From: an uncultured Spirochaetota bacterium
GTDB taxonomy: Bacteria; Spirochaetota; Brevinematia; Brevinematales; JAOACQ01
DNA: 64,000 nt
Assembly (NCBI GenBank): GCA_963835575.1
Contig: CAWIGG010000004.1
Span: 798,532-862,531 of the forward strand
Direction of reading: 5' to 3'
Shown here: positions 22,077 through 30,652 of the stretch, piece by piece
How positions within the stretch are numbered: the stretch's first letter is position 1
How the letters are laid out: each line of letters starts with the position of its first letter
Notes under the pieces: generated by a model
The model's input: the letters and a program-made list of their open reading frames with translations, nothing else
Databases searched by the model: none
Told to the model about the DNA's origin: nothing
Translations under genes and position numbers: made by a program

Positions 22077-22643
22077 ATGAAAAAAATTCAGTTAAATACT
22101 GTTCACAAAAAAGATTTATTGAAAGCAGCCCGGTTGACCATTGAACGGATGTTAACTGGAAAAAGCGAAGCCGATATGCCTCCTCTCTCGGATGAAGTCT
22201 TTTCTGAAAAATACGGGATTTTTTTAACTCTGACCATTAAAGGAAATTTAAGAGGCTGTATCGGCCATATAGAAGGCATAAAGCCGTTGCGGGAGGCTGT
22301 TAAAGATATGGCTATTGAAGCGGCCTTTCATGATCCCAGATTTTCACCTTTAAACAAGGAGGAATTAAATCAGATTTCCCTGGAAATTTCCATTCTCTAC
22401 CCGCTGGAGGAAGTCAAAGATTATAATGCGATAAAACCGGGCAGGGATGGGCTTGTTATGGAAAGAGGTTATCAGAGAGGATTACTCCTGCCTCAGGTTG
22501 CGGCAGAATACGGCTGGAACAGGGAAGAGTTTATGAATCAAACCTGCCGGAAAGCCGGCATGGAAAGTTACTGCTGGGAAAATGATGCAAAAGTTTATAA
22601 ATTTGAAGCGGAAGTTTTTAATGAAAAAGAACTCGGTTTATAG
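22077..22643 (+). CDS. AMMECR1 domain protein
   Basis: AGGAGG lies 7 nt before ATG-22077. Motif GNLRGCIGHIEG..AFHDPRF..LLPQVA. Confidence 0.85.
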   Translation: MKKIQLNTVHKKDLLKAARLTIERMLTGKSEADMPPLSDEVFSEKYGIFLTLTIKGNLRGCIGHIEGIKPLREAVKDMAIEAAFHDPRFSPLNKEELNQISLEISILYPLEEVKDYNAIKPGRDGLVMERGYQRGLLLPQVAAEYGWNREEFMNQTCRKAGMESYCWENDAKVYKFEAEVFNEKELGL

Positions 22644-22659
22644 CGGCTGTATATAAGAT

Positions 22660-23709
22660 ATGTTTATAAAAAAACACTGGAAAACAATATTACTTTTCGC
22701 GGCAATATTTATTGCCGTCTTTTTAATATTATTTATAATTTCCCTATCAAATCAGAGGCTTAAAGAAGCCGAAATAAATGCTGATACCAGTGTGCTTAAT
22801 TATAATGTTTTTGCCGGCTGGAAAGGCACAAACGGAGAAGTTGTAAAATCGCTCACAGTTGAAGGTACAAATCTTTATTTAGCTTGCGGATATGATGGTT
22901 TTTATGTATTTGATTATTTAACGCTGAATAAATTAAGCTCTTTCAGCACAGATTATTCTGTGAATGATATATCAGTAAAAACTTATTTAACGAACACATT
23001 CGCTTTTTTAGCCGTCGGCGGATTTAATAATCAGGGCGGACTATTAATCTGCAGTATTAAAGATCTATCCAATATCAGCATCATTAATTCGGTTCTCACC
23101 GATGATTTAAATGTTCAATCCTTATATGTGGTTACTAGTAATGACAGGCAGATGGATATTTTGATAACGGATAACAAGACAGGATATAGGTATTTTTCTT
23201 ATGATGCTGAAAAAAACGATTTATTACTAAAAAAGACAACAAATCCATCCGCTTATACGTCAATTGATATTGAGGCTAATAAGAAAGTTGTCTGTGTTGC
23301 ATCAAAAGAAGGGACAATCTATATTTATAATTGGGAAGGCATTCTGCAGAGTAAAATCAGTAATTCACTCGCTATGCCCAATAATATTTTCATAAATATG
23401 GATACTCTTTCTGTGGCAGACCGTATGAACGGAGTCATGCTTTATGATTTATCCAGTCCTAAAAACCCGAGATATCTTACCAGTTATAATACTTCCGGCG
23501 ATACATTCGATGTTCTCAAGAATGGCGATAAAATTATTATAGCGGATGGTATGAATGGCGTCATTTTGGTAAAAATGGAAAATAATGACACTTTTACATT
23601 AGAAAAGCAGTATAACGACGGAGCTTTGTACAATAAACTGTTTTATATAGTCAGTAATGACATCCTCTATGCGGAGAGCGGAAAGGACGGGATAAAGATT
23701 TTAAAGTGA
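22660..23709 (+). CDS. membrane-anchored beta-propeller protein with LVIVD-like repeats
   Basis: N-terminal TM segment. Repeated blocks: ..LYLACGYDGFYVFDY.., ..ADRMNGVMLYDLSSPKNP.., ..ADGMNGVILVKM.., ..AESGKDGIKIL. Confidence 0.6.
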   Translation: MFIKKHWKTILLFAAIFIAVFLILFIISLSNQRLKEAEINADTSVLNYNVFAGWKGTNGEVVKSLTVEGTNLYLACGYDGFYVFDYLTLNKLSSFSTDYSVNDISVKTYLTNTFAFLAVGGFNNQGGLLICSIKDLSNISIINSVLTDDLNVQSLYVVTSNDRQMDILITDNKTGYRYFSYDAEKNDLLLKKTTNPSAYTSIDIEANKKVVCVASKEGTIYIYNWEGILQSKISNSLAMPNNIFINMDTLSVADRMNGVMLYDLSSPKNPRYLTSYNTSGDTFDVLKNGDKIIIADGMNGVILVKMENNDTFTLEKQYNDGALYNKLFYIVSNDILYAESGKDGIKILK

Positions 23710-23791
23710 TTTTTACTATTGCGGGGCTTTAAAGATATATGCTTTGTCCATCCGATATTTGTTAATAGTGTGGAAACAAAGTGAGGTGCTT

Positions 23792-25066
23792 ATGCCTGGA
23801 GCCCGCGTGAAGGTTATCAGAAAAAAGAGCAGTGTAACGAAGGCAAAACCGAAGCCGCTTGATAAGGATGTCAATAAAATAAGAGAACTGCTCCGTATTA
23901 CTGAAAACCTTAATCATGTCAAGGATTTGGATTCATTATTGGCTAATATTCTTTATGAGGCAAGGCTTTTTACAAACTCCGACGCAGGATCGATTTACCT
24001 TGTTGACGGAGATAAGCTGAAATTCAGTTATGTTCAGAATGACACTCTGGAAAAAGTTGATGAGGCGAATAATAAATATATTTATTCCATATTTGAGCTT
24101 CCGATAGATGAAAAATCCATGGCCGGCTATGTGGCCTTATCCGGGAAATCCCTGCTGATTGATGATGTTTATAAAATAGGGAATGATGTTCCTTATGAGT
24201 TCAATTCCTACTTTGATACCATGTCAAGCTACCGGACAAAATCAACATTAACTGTGCCTCTTGTGACGAGCAGGCAGAACATAATCGGCGTTATGCAGAT
24301 CATCAACGCGAAAAATAAAAAAGGCGCGATTATTCCTTTTACGGAAGAGGACCGGATGTATGTGGCCTTTTTTGCGAACAATGCCTCGGTTGCGATTGAA
24401 AGGGCAAAAATGACAAGAGAGATACTCCTGAGGATGATCAAGATGGCGGAATTGAGAGATCCAAAGGAAACGGGAAACCATGTGAACCGTGTCGCCAGTT
24501 ACAGTATAGAGATTTTTGAAAGATGGGCTAAAAGAAAGAAAATATCCCTTTCGGAGATAAAACAAACAAAGGACGTTTTAAGAATAGCAGCAATGCTTCA
24601 TGACGTGGGAAAGGTCGCTATTTCCGATACAATTCTAAAAAAACCAGGCAAATTAACTCCGGAAGAATTTGAACTTATGAAACTGCATACAATATACGGA
24701 GCCAGGCTCTTCGATAATTCTGTTTCGGATTGGGACGCTTTATCGGCCGAAGTGGCCCTGAACCACCATGAAAGATGGGACGGAAAGGGTTATATGGGAC
24801 AGTTTACATATAAAGGAGAAGAGGAATGCTCTGCCGGCCAGGGGAAAAAGGGAGAGGAAATCCCCATACTGGGAAGAATTGTCGCCCTTGCGGATGTTTA
24901 TGATGCCCTGATTTCCACCAGGGTTTATAAAGAATCCTGGCTGGAGGAAGATGTGCTCAGGTATATTAAAGAAGGTTCCGGAAAGCATTTTGATCCCGAA
25001 ATTGTGGATGCTTTTTTTTCCATCTATGATGTTATAAAAGCGATCCGTGAGAAATATGCGGATTAG
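23792..25066 (+). CDS. GAF domain / HD-GYP domain protein (putative c-di-GMP phosphodiesterase)
   Basis: HD-GYP motifs HVNRV, MLHDVGK, HHERWDGKGY. N-terminal GAF-like region (DAGSIYLVDGDKLKF). Confidence 0.85.
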   Translation: MPGARVKVIRKKSSVTKAKPKPLDKDVNKIRELLRITENLNHVKDLDSLLANILYEARLFTNSDAGSIYLVDGDKLKFSYVQNDTLEKVDEANNKYIYSIFELPIDEKSMAGYVALSGKSLLIDDVYKIGNDVPYEFNSYFDTMSSYRTKSTLTVPLVTSRQNIIGVMQIINAKNKKGAIIPFTEEDRMYVAFFANNASVAIERAKMTREILLRMIKMAELRDPKETGNHVNRVASYSIEIFERWAKRKKISLSEIKQTKDVLRIAAMLHDVGKVAISDTILKKPGKLTPEEFELMKLHTIYGARLFDNSVSDWDALSAEVALNHHERWDGKGYMGQFTYKGEEECSAGQGKKGEEIPILGRIVALADVYDALISTRVYKESWLEEDVLRYIKEGSGKHFDPEIVDAFFSIYDVIKAIREKYAD

Positions 25067-25133
25067 CTTGAATTGACAGCTTTATTTTACTAAAATCGCA
25101 TAAGGGCGATAGTGATTTAATTAAGGAAATAAT

Positions 25134-27305
25134 ATGCAGAAGATAAAAAGTTTAAGGGAACTCTCAGGCGTGATAACAGAGCTGCCCCGCGGGGGGTATT
25201 TAGTCGATACGTCCGCCGGCTATATCCAGTTTGGTTCTCCTCCTGAAACTCTCAAGGATACCATTTTCCTTCCGAAAAGCGTGCCGAATATTTTTGTCCT
25301 GCCTATAGAACACTTTGATCCCAAGCATGGGATGAGTGTAGCCGAAATTGAGTTCCCGATCTATTACAACTATTTTCTCAGGCAGAAGAAAACAAAGATA
25401 TTTGTCAATCCGGACCATATTGAAAACATGAAGATTGTTCTTCAGGAAGCTGTGTTCGGACCTCAGGAACTGGATATTGAAGGTGATGTGGAAAAAGGGG
25501 AGAATTCCCATGTCCCGGATATCATGTCGGAAATGAAGTACTTCCGCGCCGGAAGAAAAATGGAGGACCTTGTCGATCTTCTGGAATTGAATCCCAGAGG
25601 TTTTAATATTGATAAAGTAAAAATTGTTCAGAAACCGGACGGAAGTTTTGATGTCTTTGACAGTGATAAATTTTTAGTTACGGTTCCCGCTAAGATCAGT
25701 TTTAAGGCGCTTTATGACCTTGGAAAAACATTAAGCGAACCTTTCATTCCGCCCGAATTCGGCATCACATGTCTGGGGCCTTCGCATGGCTTTGATCCCG
25801 AACAGAACACATCCGGCTTTATTCTCTGGATCAATAAAGTGGGCATTATGGTCGACCCGCCCGCCAATTCAACCCTGTGGCTTAAAGATTCCAATGTTAA
25901 TCCTAAATTGATCGATAGTATTATATTTACCCACTGTCATGCGGACCATGACGCCGGGACTTTCCAGAAAATTCTGGAAGAAACAAAAGTGACGATCTAT
26001 ACAACTCCCACAATTATGCAGAGCTTTATCAGGAAATATTCCGCGCTGACGCGCGTTCCTCCGGCAACCATGATTGATCTCTTTAATTTTTATCCGGTTA
26101 AAATGAACGCGCAGTACAATATCCATGGCGCTTTATTCAATTTTTATTATTCCCTGCATTCCATCCCTACTATAGGTTTTCATTTCAGCTACCGTAATAA
26201 GCGGTTTATATATTCCTCAGACCATTTGAATGAACCGAGCATTATAAAAAAATTGAATGAGCAGGGCGTCATCTGCAAAGAAAGAATGAATCATCTGCTT
26301 AATTTTCCCTGGCATTATGATATTATTTACCATGAAGCGGGAATACCGCCGCTTCATACTCCGGTGAGCTATCTCAACTCATTACCGGCTAATATCCAAA
26401 AAAATATCACAGTGTATCATATTGCCGAGAAGGATTTTCCCAAAGACACATTTCTGAAATTGGCCAAATTCGGTATCGGCGAGACGATATATCCTGACAT
26501 TGAAAAATATGAATTTGAAGACGCTTACCGGCTCCTGGATGTCTTCAGCCGTATCGATGTTTTTAAGGACCTCCCTTTTGAAAAGGTCAAGGATCTTCTT
26601 CTGGTGGCGAAGAAGGAAAAATTTAACAAAGGCGATTATATTATCCGTAAAAACACGCCTGGTGATAAATTTTATGTCATTGTTTCCGGTAATGTAAACA
26701 TCAGCGGATTTGAAAATGGTAATATTAAGGACAAGGTCTATGCCACGTTTGAATATTTCGGCGAGGCATCCATAATACTTGGAACTCCAAGAAAAGCGGA
26801 TGTTACAGCCGTGACAAATGTGGAAGCCTATTCCATCAGCAGGGATTCTTTCCTCAGGCTTATCAGCGAAACGGCCGTGGAAAAAAACATCCGAAAAGTG
26901 GCGACAATACGGAATGAACAGACCTGGACTGCCATCAAATCGAACAACTTTTTCAGAAATCTGACATCTTTCCAGGTGACAAGCCTGGAGTCTATGATAA
27001 AACCGGTTGAATTTGAGAAAGGGGCCGTTCTTTTTGAGGAAGGCAAAAAAAGCAGTAATATCTTTTTGCTGATTGAAGGCTGTGTCAGCGAGATAAAGAA
27101 AGGCAAAGCCGTACGGAAGTGCAATAAAGGTGAAATAATCGGTGATATTTTCGCGATAAAGGACAATAAACCGATGGAATCCGCTTATAAGGCCGAAACT
27201 CAGGTTAAAATGTACCGGATTGAGGGCAAGGACATTCTTGCGTTTCTGAAGGACAACCCCGGCGTCTTTATGAACATGATGTTTGAGAAGGGATATATAA
27301 AATAA
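25134..27305 (+). CDS. MBL-fold hydrolase fused to two cyclic-nucleotide-binding domains
   Basis: THCHADHDAG metallo-beta-lactamase motif. Two cNMP-type beta-barrels (..FGEASIILGTPRKADV.. and ..GEIIGDIFAIKD..). Confidence 0.75.
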   Translation: MQKIKSLRELSGVITELPRGGYLVDTSAGYIQFGSPPETLKDTIFLPKSVPNIFVLPIEHFDPKHGMSVAEIEFPIYYNYFLRQKKTKIFVNPDHIENMKIVLQEAVFGPQELDIEGDVEKGENSHVPDIMSEMKYFRAGRKMEDLVDLLELNPRGFNIDKVKIVQKPDGSFDVFDSDKFLVTVPAKISFKALYDLGKTLSEPFIPPEFGITCLGPSHGFDPEQNTSGFILWINKVGIMVDPPANSTLWLKDSNVNPKLIDSIIFTHCHADHDAGTFQKILEETKVTIYTTPTIMQSFIRKYSALTRVPPATMIDLFNFYPVKMNAQYNIHGALFNFYYSLHSIPTIGFHFSYRNKRFIYSSDHLNEPSIIKKLNEQGVICKERMNHLLNFPWHYDIIYHEAGIPPLHTPVSYLNSLPANIQKNITVYHIAEKDFPKDTFLKLAKFGIGETIYPDIEKYEFEDAYRLLDVFSRIDVFKDLPFEKVKDLLLVAKKEKFNKGDYIIRKNTPGDKFYVIVSGNVNISGFENGNIKDKVYATFEYFGEASIILGTPRKADVTAVTNVEAYSISRDSFLRLISETAVEKNIRKVATIRNEQTWTAIKSNNFFRNLTSFQVTSLESMIKPVEFEKGAVLFEEGKKSSNIFLLIEGCVSEIKKGKAVRKCNKGEIIGDIFAIKDNKPMESAYKAETQVKMYRIEGKDILAFLKDNPGVFMNMMFEKGYIK

Positions 27306-27345
27306 GTCAAATTGCAGTCCAATAAAAGCATTTCATGATACATTT

Positions 27346-27433
27346 AATCTTCCGCGAAGCCACGCTAAGCCACACTAATAAAATTTCAATTCATATTCAT
27401 TAGCGTTTATTCGCGTGTCTTAGCGGATTACCC
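27346..27433. repeat. complete word-array palindrome (two arms of three 10-nt words around an AT-rich loop)
   Basis: Left arm aatcttc cgcgaagcca cgctaagcca cactaat. Right arm ttagcgtttattcgcgtgtcttagcggattaccc (27400-27433), which is 32/34 identical to 4173-4206. Confidence 0.8.
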
Positions 27434-27526
27434 GGTCATTACTCAAATTGTAATTTATGTTCATTTATTGAAATCGGCGGTGTTATCCCTTATACTATTG
27501 GCCCCGTTAAAAGGAGCCGTACACTC

Positions 27527-28324
27527 ATGCTGAAAAAAGGCGATTTTATTTACATTTACCATGACGACAAGGCGTCCTATATGATGGCATACCAGGAAAA
27601 GCTCTCTGTATCCACGCATAAAGGCGAGATCAGGATTCCCGAAGGCGCGGATTACGGCGACTGCGTGCTGACCAATACCGGCGAGCCTTTTTATCTCTTG
27701 CGGCCTGTTCTTTCCGACTATATGATGAAGGTCAAGCGGAGAACAACCATCATCTATCCGAAAGAAGCGGGGTTTATTATCATTGAGCTTGGGATTTCCT
27801 GCAGTAAACGCGTTATAGAAATAGGCACAGGCTCGGGGTCGCTGACAATGCTGCTTTCTAAACTGGTTGGTGAAAACGGCCGCGTCTATTCATTCGAGCG
27901 GAGGGAAGAGCATCTTGAAAACGCTGTGAAAAACGTTAAACGCTTCAGCCCTTTTGATAATGTCGAGTATTTCCATAAAGACCCGGTTCTGGAAGGCGGG
28001 TTCGGTATTGAAGATGCCGACGCTCTCTTTATCGATGTACCCGAGCCCTGGAAGCTTATTCCGGCCGCCTATCAAGCGCTCCGCGGGGGCGGTGCCGCCG
28101 GCGTCATCTCGCCGAATATAGAGCAGGTGCAGACGACGGTGGATAAAATGAACCAGACAGGATTTGTCCGGATACGCTGTATGGAAGTCCTTTCGCGCGG
28201 GATCAGGATAAAAAAAAACCTGACGCGGCCATTCGACCGGATGATCGGCCATACCGGCTATCTTTATTTCGCGCATAAGATCAAAAAACACGAGGAAATG
28301 AAAGTTATTGATTTTGCTATATAA
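27527..28324 (+). CDS. trmI: tRNA (adenine-N1)-methyltransferase TrmI/GCD14 family
   Basis: AAGGAG upstream. RTTIIYPKEAGFII and the SAM motif VIEIGTGSGSLT, DVPEPW. Confidence 0.8.
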   Translation: MLKKGDFIYIYHDDKASYMMAYQEKLSVSTHKGEIRIPEGADYGDCVLTNTGEPFYLLRPVLSDYMMKVKRRTTIIYPKEAGFIIIELGISCSKRVIEIGTGSGSLTMLLSKLVGENGRVYSFERREEHLENAVKNVKRFSPFDNVEYFHKDPVLEGGFGIEDADALFIDVPEPWKLIPAAYQALRGGGAAGVISPNIEQVQTTVDKMNQTGFVRIRCMEVLSRGIRIKKNLTRPFDRMIGHTGYLYFAHKIKKHEEMKVIDFAI

Positions 28325-28378
28325 TTAAATAATATATTCCAATTTATTTCTGAATACGGTCATGTCCAAAATTAATTT

Positions 28379-29404
28379 TTATTTTGAAAACCATACATCA
28401 TTAGTAGGATTAAAAATAGCTCCTGCAATAACCCATATTTTATTATTATAAACCAGGCTCGTATGTTCTGCTCTTCCTGTAAAACCCGTTTTATTGGTAA
28501 CACAAACCCAGTTTGTCCCATCAACGGAATTCCATACGTCATTTGTATAATGTCCGCCTGCTATTCCGCCTATAATCCATATTTTATTATCAAAAACAAC
28601 CGATTGATGGCTATTTCTCGGGTCGAATCCGGCGGAAACAGTTGCACAAGTCCAATTTGTGCCGTCTCCTGAATACCAGACATCATTAGCATATCCTGAT
28701 TGTGTGTTGCCGCCGATGATCCATATATTATTATGAAAAACACAGCATGCGGTTAAACATCTTATACTAAAACGCGCAGAATTAGTCGCACAGACCCAGG
28801 TTATTCCATCACCGGAGTACCATACATCATTGGTTGGTTGTGAACTATGAAGTCCGGCCATAATCCAGATTTTATTTTTAAAAGAGACACATGAAAAGCC
28901 TACTCTTGGACCAAATCCGGCTGATGATATCACGCTAACCCAGTTTGTCCCATCTGTCGATGAAAACACATCGTTTGTTTCCATTCCATTGCATCCGCCG
29001 CCGATTATCCACATTTTTCCTGAAAATAAGATAGATGCAAAACGATAACGAGGGCCAAACGGAGCTGAATTCACAGAGCAAGACCAGTTTGTCCCGTTGG
29101 TTGAATACCATACATCCCCAGCATCTTTACTTAAAATACCATTAGTGCATCCTCCAAAAACCCACATCATGTTATTAAATTCAAGCCCTCCCTGGCCATA
29201 TCTTGGCGAAAAACCGGCAAAGCCTGTCGCGCATTCCCAAATTTTTCCGTCCGGCAAGACCACCGGTGCGCTGGATGAAGAAACAGAGGAATTTTCATTT
29301 GCTACTGCCAGTTTGCTGCTTAATTCATTAAGTGAAGCGCAGGAAACGATGAGTAACGTAACTAAAGATATTATAGCTATAGTGATGGAAATATAACCCT
29401 TCAT
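28379..29404 (-). CDS. Kelch-type beta-propeller lipoprotein
   Basis: Lipobox LIVSCA. Six repeats of about 47 aa of the form ..NDVWYS.DGTNW.C....A.F.PR.......F..KIWIIGG. Confidence 0.75.
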   Translation of the reverse strand: MKGYISITIAIISLVTLLIVSCASLNELSSKLAVANENSSVSSSSAPVVLPDGKIWECATGFAGFSPRYGQGGLEFNNMMWVFGGCTNGILSKDAGDVWYSTNGTNWSCSVNSAPFGPRYRFASILFSGKMWIIGGGCNGMETNDVFSSTDGTNWVSVISSAGFGPRVGFSCVSFKNKIWIMAGLHSSQPTNDVWYSGDGITWVCATNSARFSIRCLTACCVFHNNIWIIGGNTQSGYANDVWYSGDGTNWTCATVSAGFDPRNSHQSVVFDNKIWIIGGIAGGHYTNDVWNSVDGTNWVCVTNKTGFTGRAEHTSLVYNNKIWVIAGAIFNPTNDVWFSK

Positions 29405-29464
29405 TTAAGTCCTCCCGGGGTTTATTACTGAAGTATTTATTGTCATAATATCAAGAATTATTGC

Positions 29465-30460
29465 CTACATTTTAATAAACCGGATCTCCACGCGCCTGTT
29501 TTTCGCCCGGTTGGCGTCAGATGTGTTCGGCACAAGGGGCTTGTCCTTGCCGCGGCCTTTAAAGGTCACTTTTTCGGCGGGAATGCCGGCCCCCAGAAAG
29601 ACATAAGACACATTACGGGCCCGTTTTTCTGAAAGCTTGATGTTATAATCGGGGTCGCCCGTATCATCGGTAAAGCCTTCTATCAGCACCGAAAACTCGG
29701 AATAGTTTTTCGCCATTTCCGCGATTGCTTTTAATGTTTCCATATATTCCGTGTGAATTGCGTCGCTATTGACTTCAAACAGTACGTCTGAGATATTAAG
29801 CCTTATTTCATTACCGCTTTCCTTAACGGATATAGCCTGTGATTTATTTTTTTGAAGGACTGTGCTGAGTTCCGATGAGAATTCCTCTGTCTTGGATTGA
29901 GTCTGCTTTTCTTGTTTTGAGCCCATGATAAACGTCAGGCTGACCATCATATTCAAATCTGAGAGATAGTATTGGCCGCGCGGCAGGTCCAGCGGAATAT
30001 AGCGGTAATCGAGCGTCAGACCGACGGCAAACCAATCTCCAAGAGGGAGATCAATAGTCAGGGAAGGGTTTACTAAAAAACCCATTCTGCTGACATTTGT
30101 GAGGGAATTTCCTAACTGAAGATAAGAAGCTCCCAGGAGAACACATGGCGATACTTCGAGTAATTTTTCTCCTATGGGAAAACGGTAACCGATTTCAAAC
30201 CCGCCGCCGAAACCATTAAAGTTCAGGGCAGCAGAAGACAGGGCTCCTGTATAGTAGCCGCCGACACCCATAAAAAGCCCTTCTGGGAGAAATCCCATTA
30301 GGCTCTTCAGATCTGTCCGCAGTCCCAATCCGGCGCTGTAATTATAGCCGTCTGTATAAAAACCCGCGCCGGGTTTCAATTGTAGAAACACGGTGCCGGA
30401 TAATAAATTACAGCTAAATTGTATTGTAAAACAAATTAACATCAGCCGAATACTTTTCAT
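29465..30460 (-). CDS. OmpA-family outer membrane protein
   Basis: Signal peptide and a beta-barrel-like N-terminal half. C-terminal OmpA block ..IEGFTDDTGDPDYNIKLSEKRA..RAKNRRVEI. Confidence 0.85.
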   Translation of the reverse strand: MKSIRLMLICFTIQFSCNLLSGTVFLQLKPGAGFYTDGYNYSAGLGLRTDLKSLMGFLPEGLFMGVGGYYTGALSSAALNFNGFGGGFEIGYRFPIGEKLLEVSPCVLLGASYLQLGNSLTNVSRMGFLVNPSLTIDLPLGDWFAVGLTLDYRYIPLDLPRGQYYLSDLNMMVSLTFIMGSKQEKQTQSKTEEFSSELSTVLQKNKSQAISVKESGNEIRLNISDVLFEVNSDAIHTEYMETLKAIAEMAKNYSEFSVLIEGFTDDTGDPDYNIKLSEKRARNVSYVFLGAGIPAEKVTFKGRGKDKPLVPNTSDANRAKNRRVEIRFIKM

Positions 30461-30652
30461 AATTTCACACTCCTCACTTTTTTGGAATTAAACAATAATA
30501 AATAATTGTTTTCATATATAATACGTTTTGACCGGCCGAATTTTGAAAAAAATTAAGAAATAATTTTTTAAAGACAGGATTTAAAAGATGTAAAGAAAAC
30601 AGCTTATTATTGGCCTTTGATAAAAATGTTGTCTGTTTCAGGAATGGATTTG

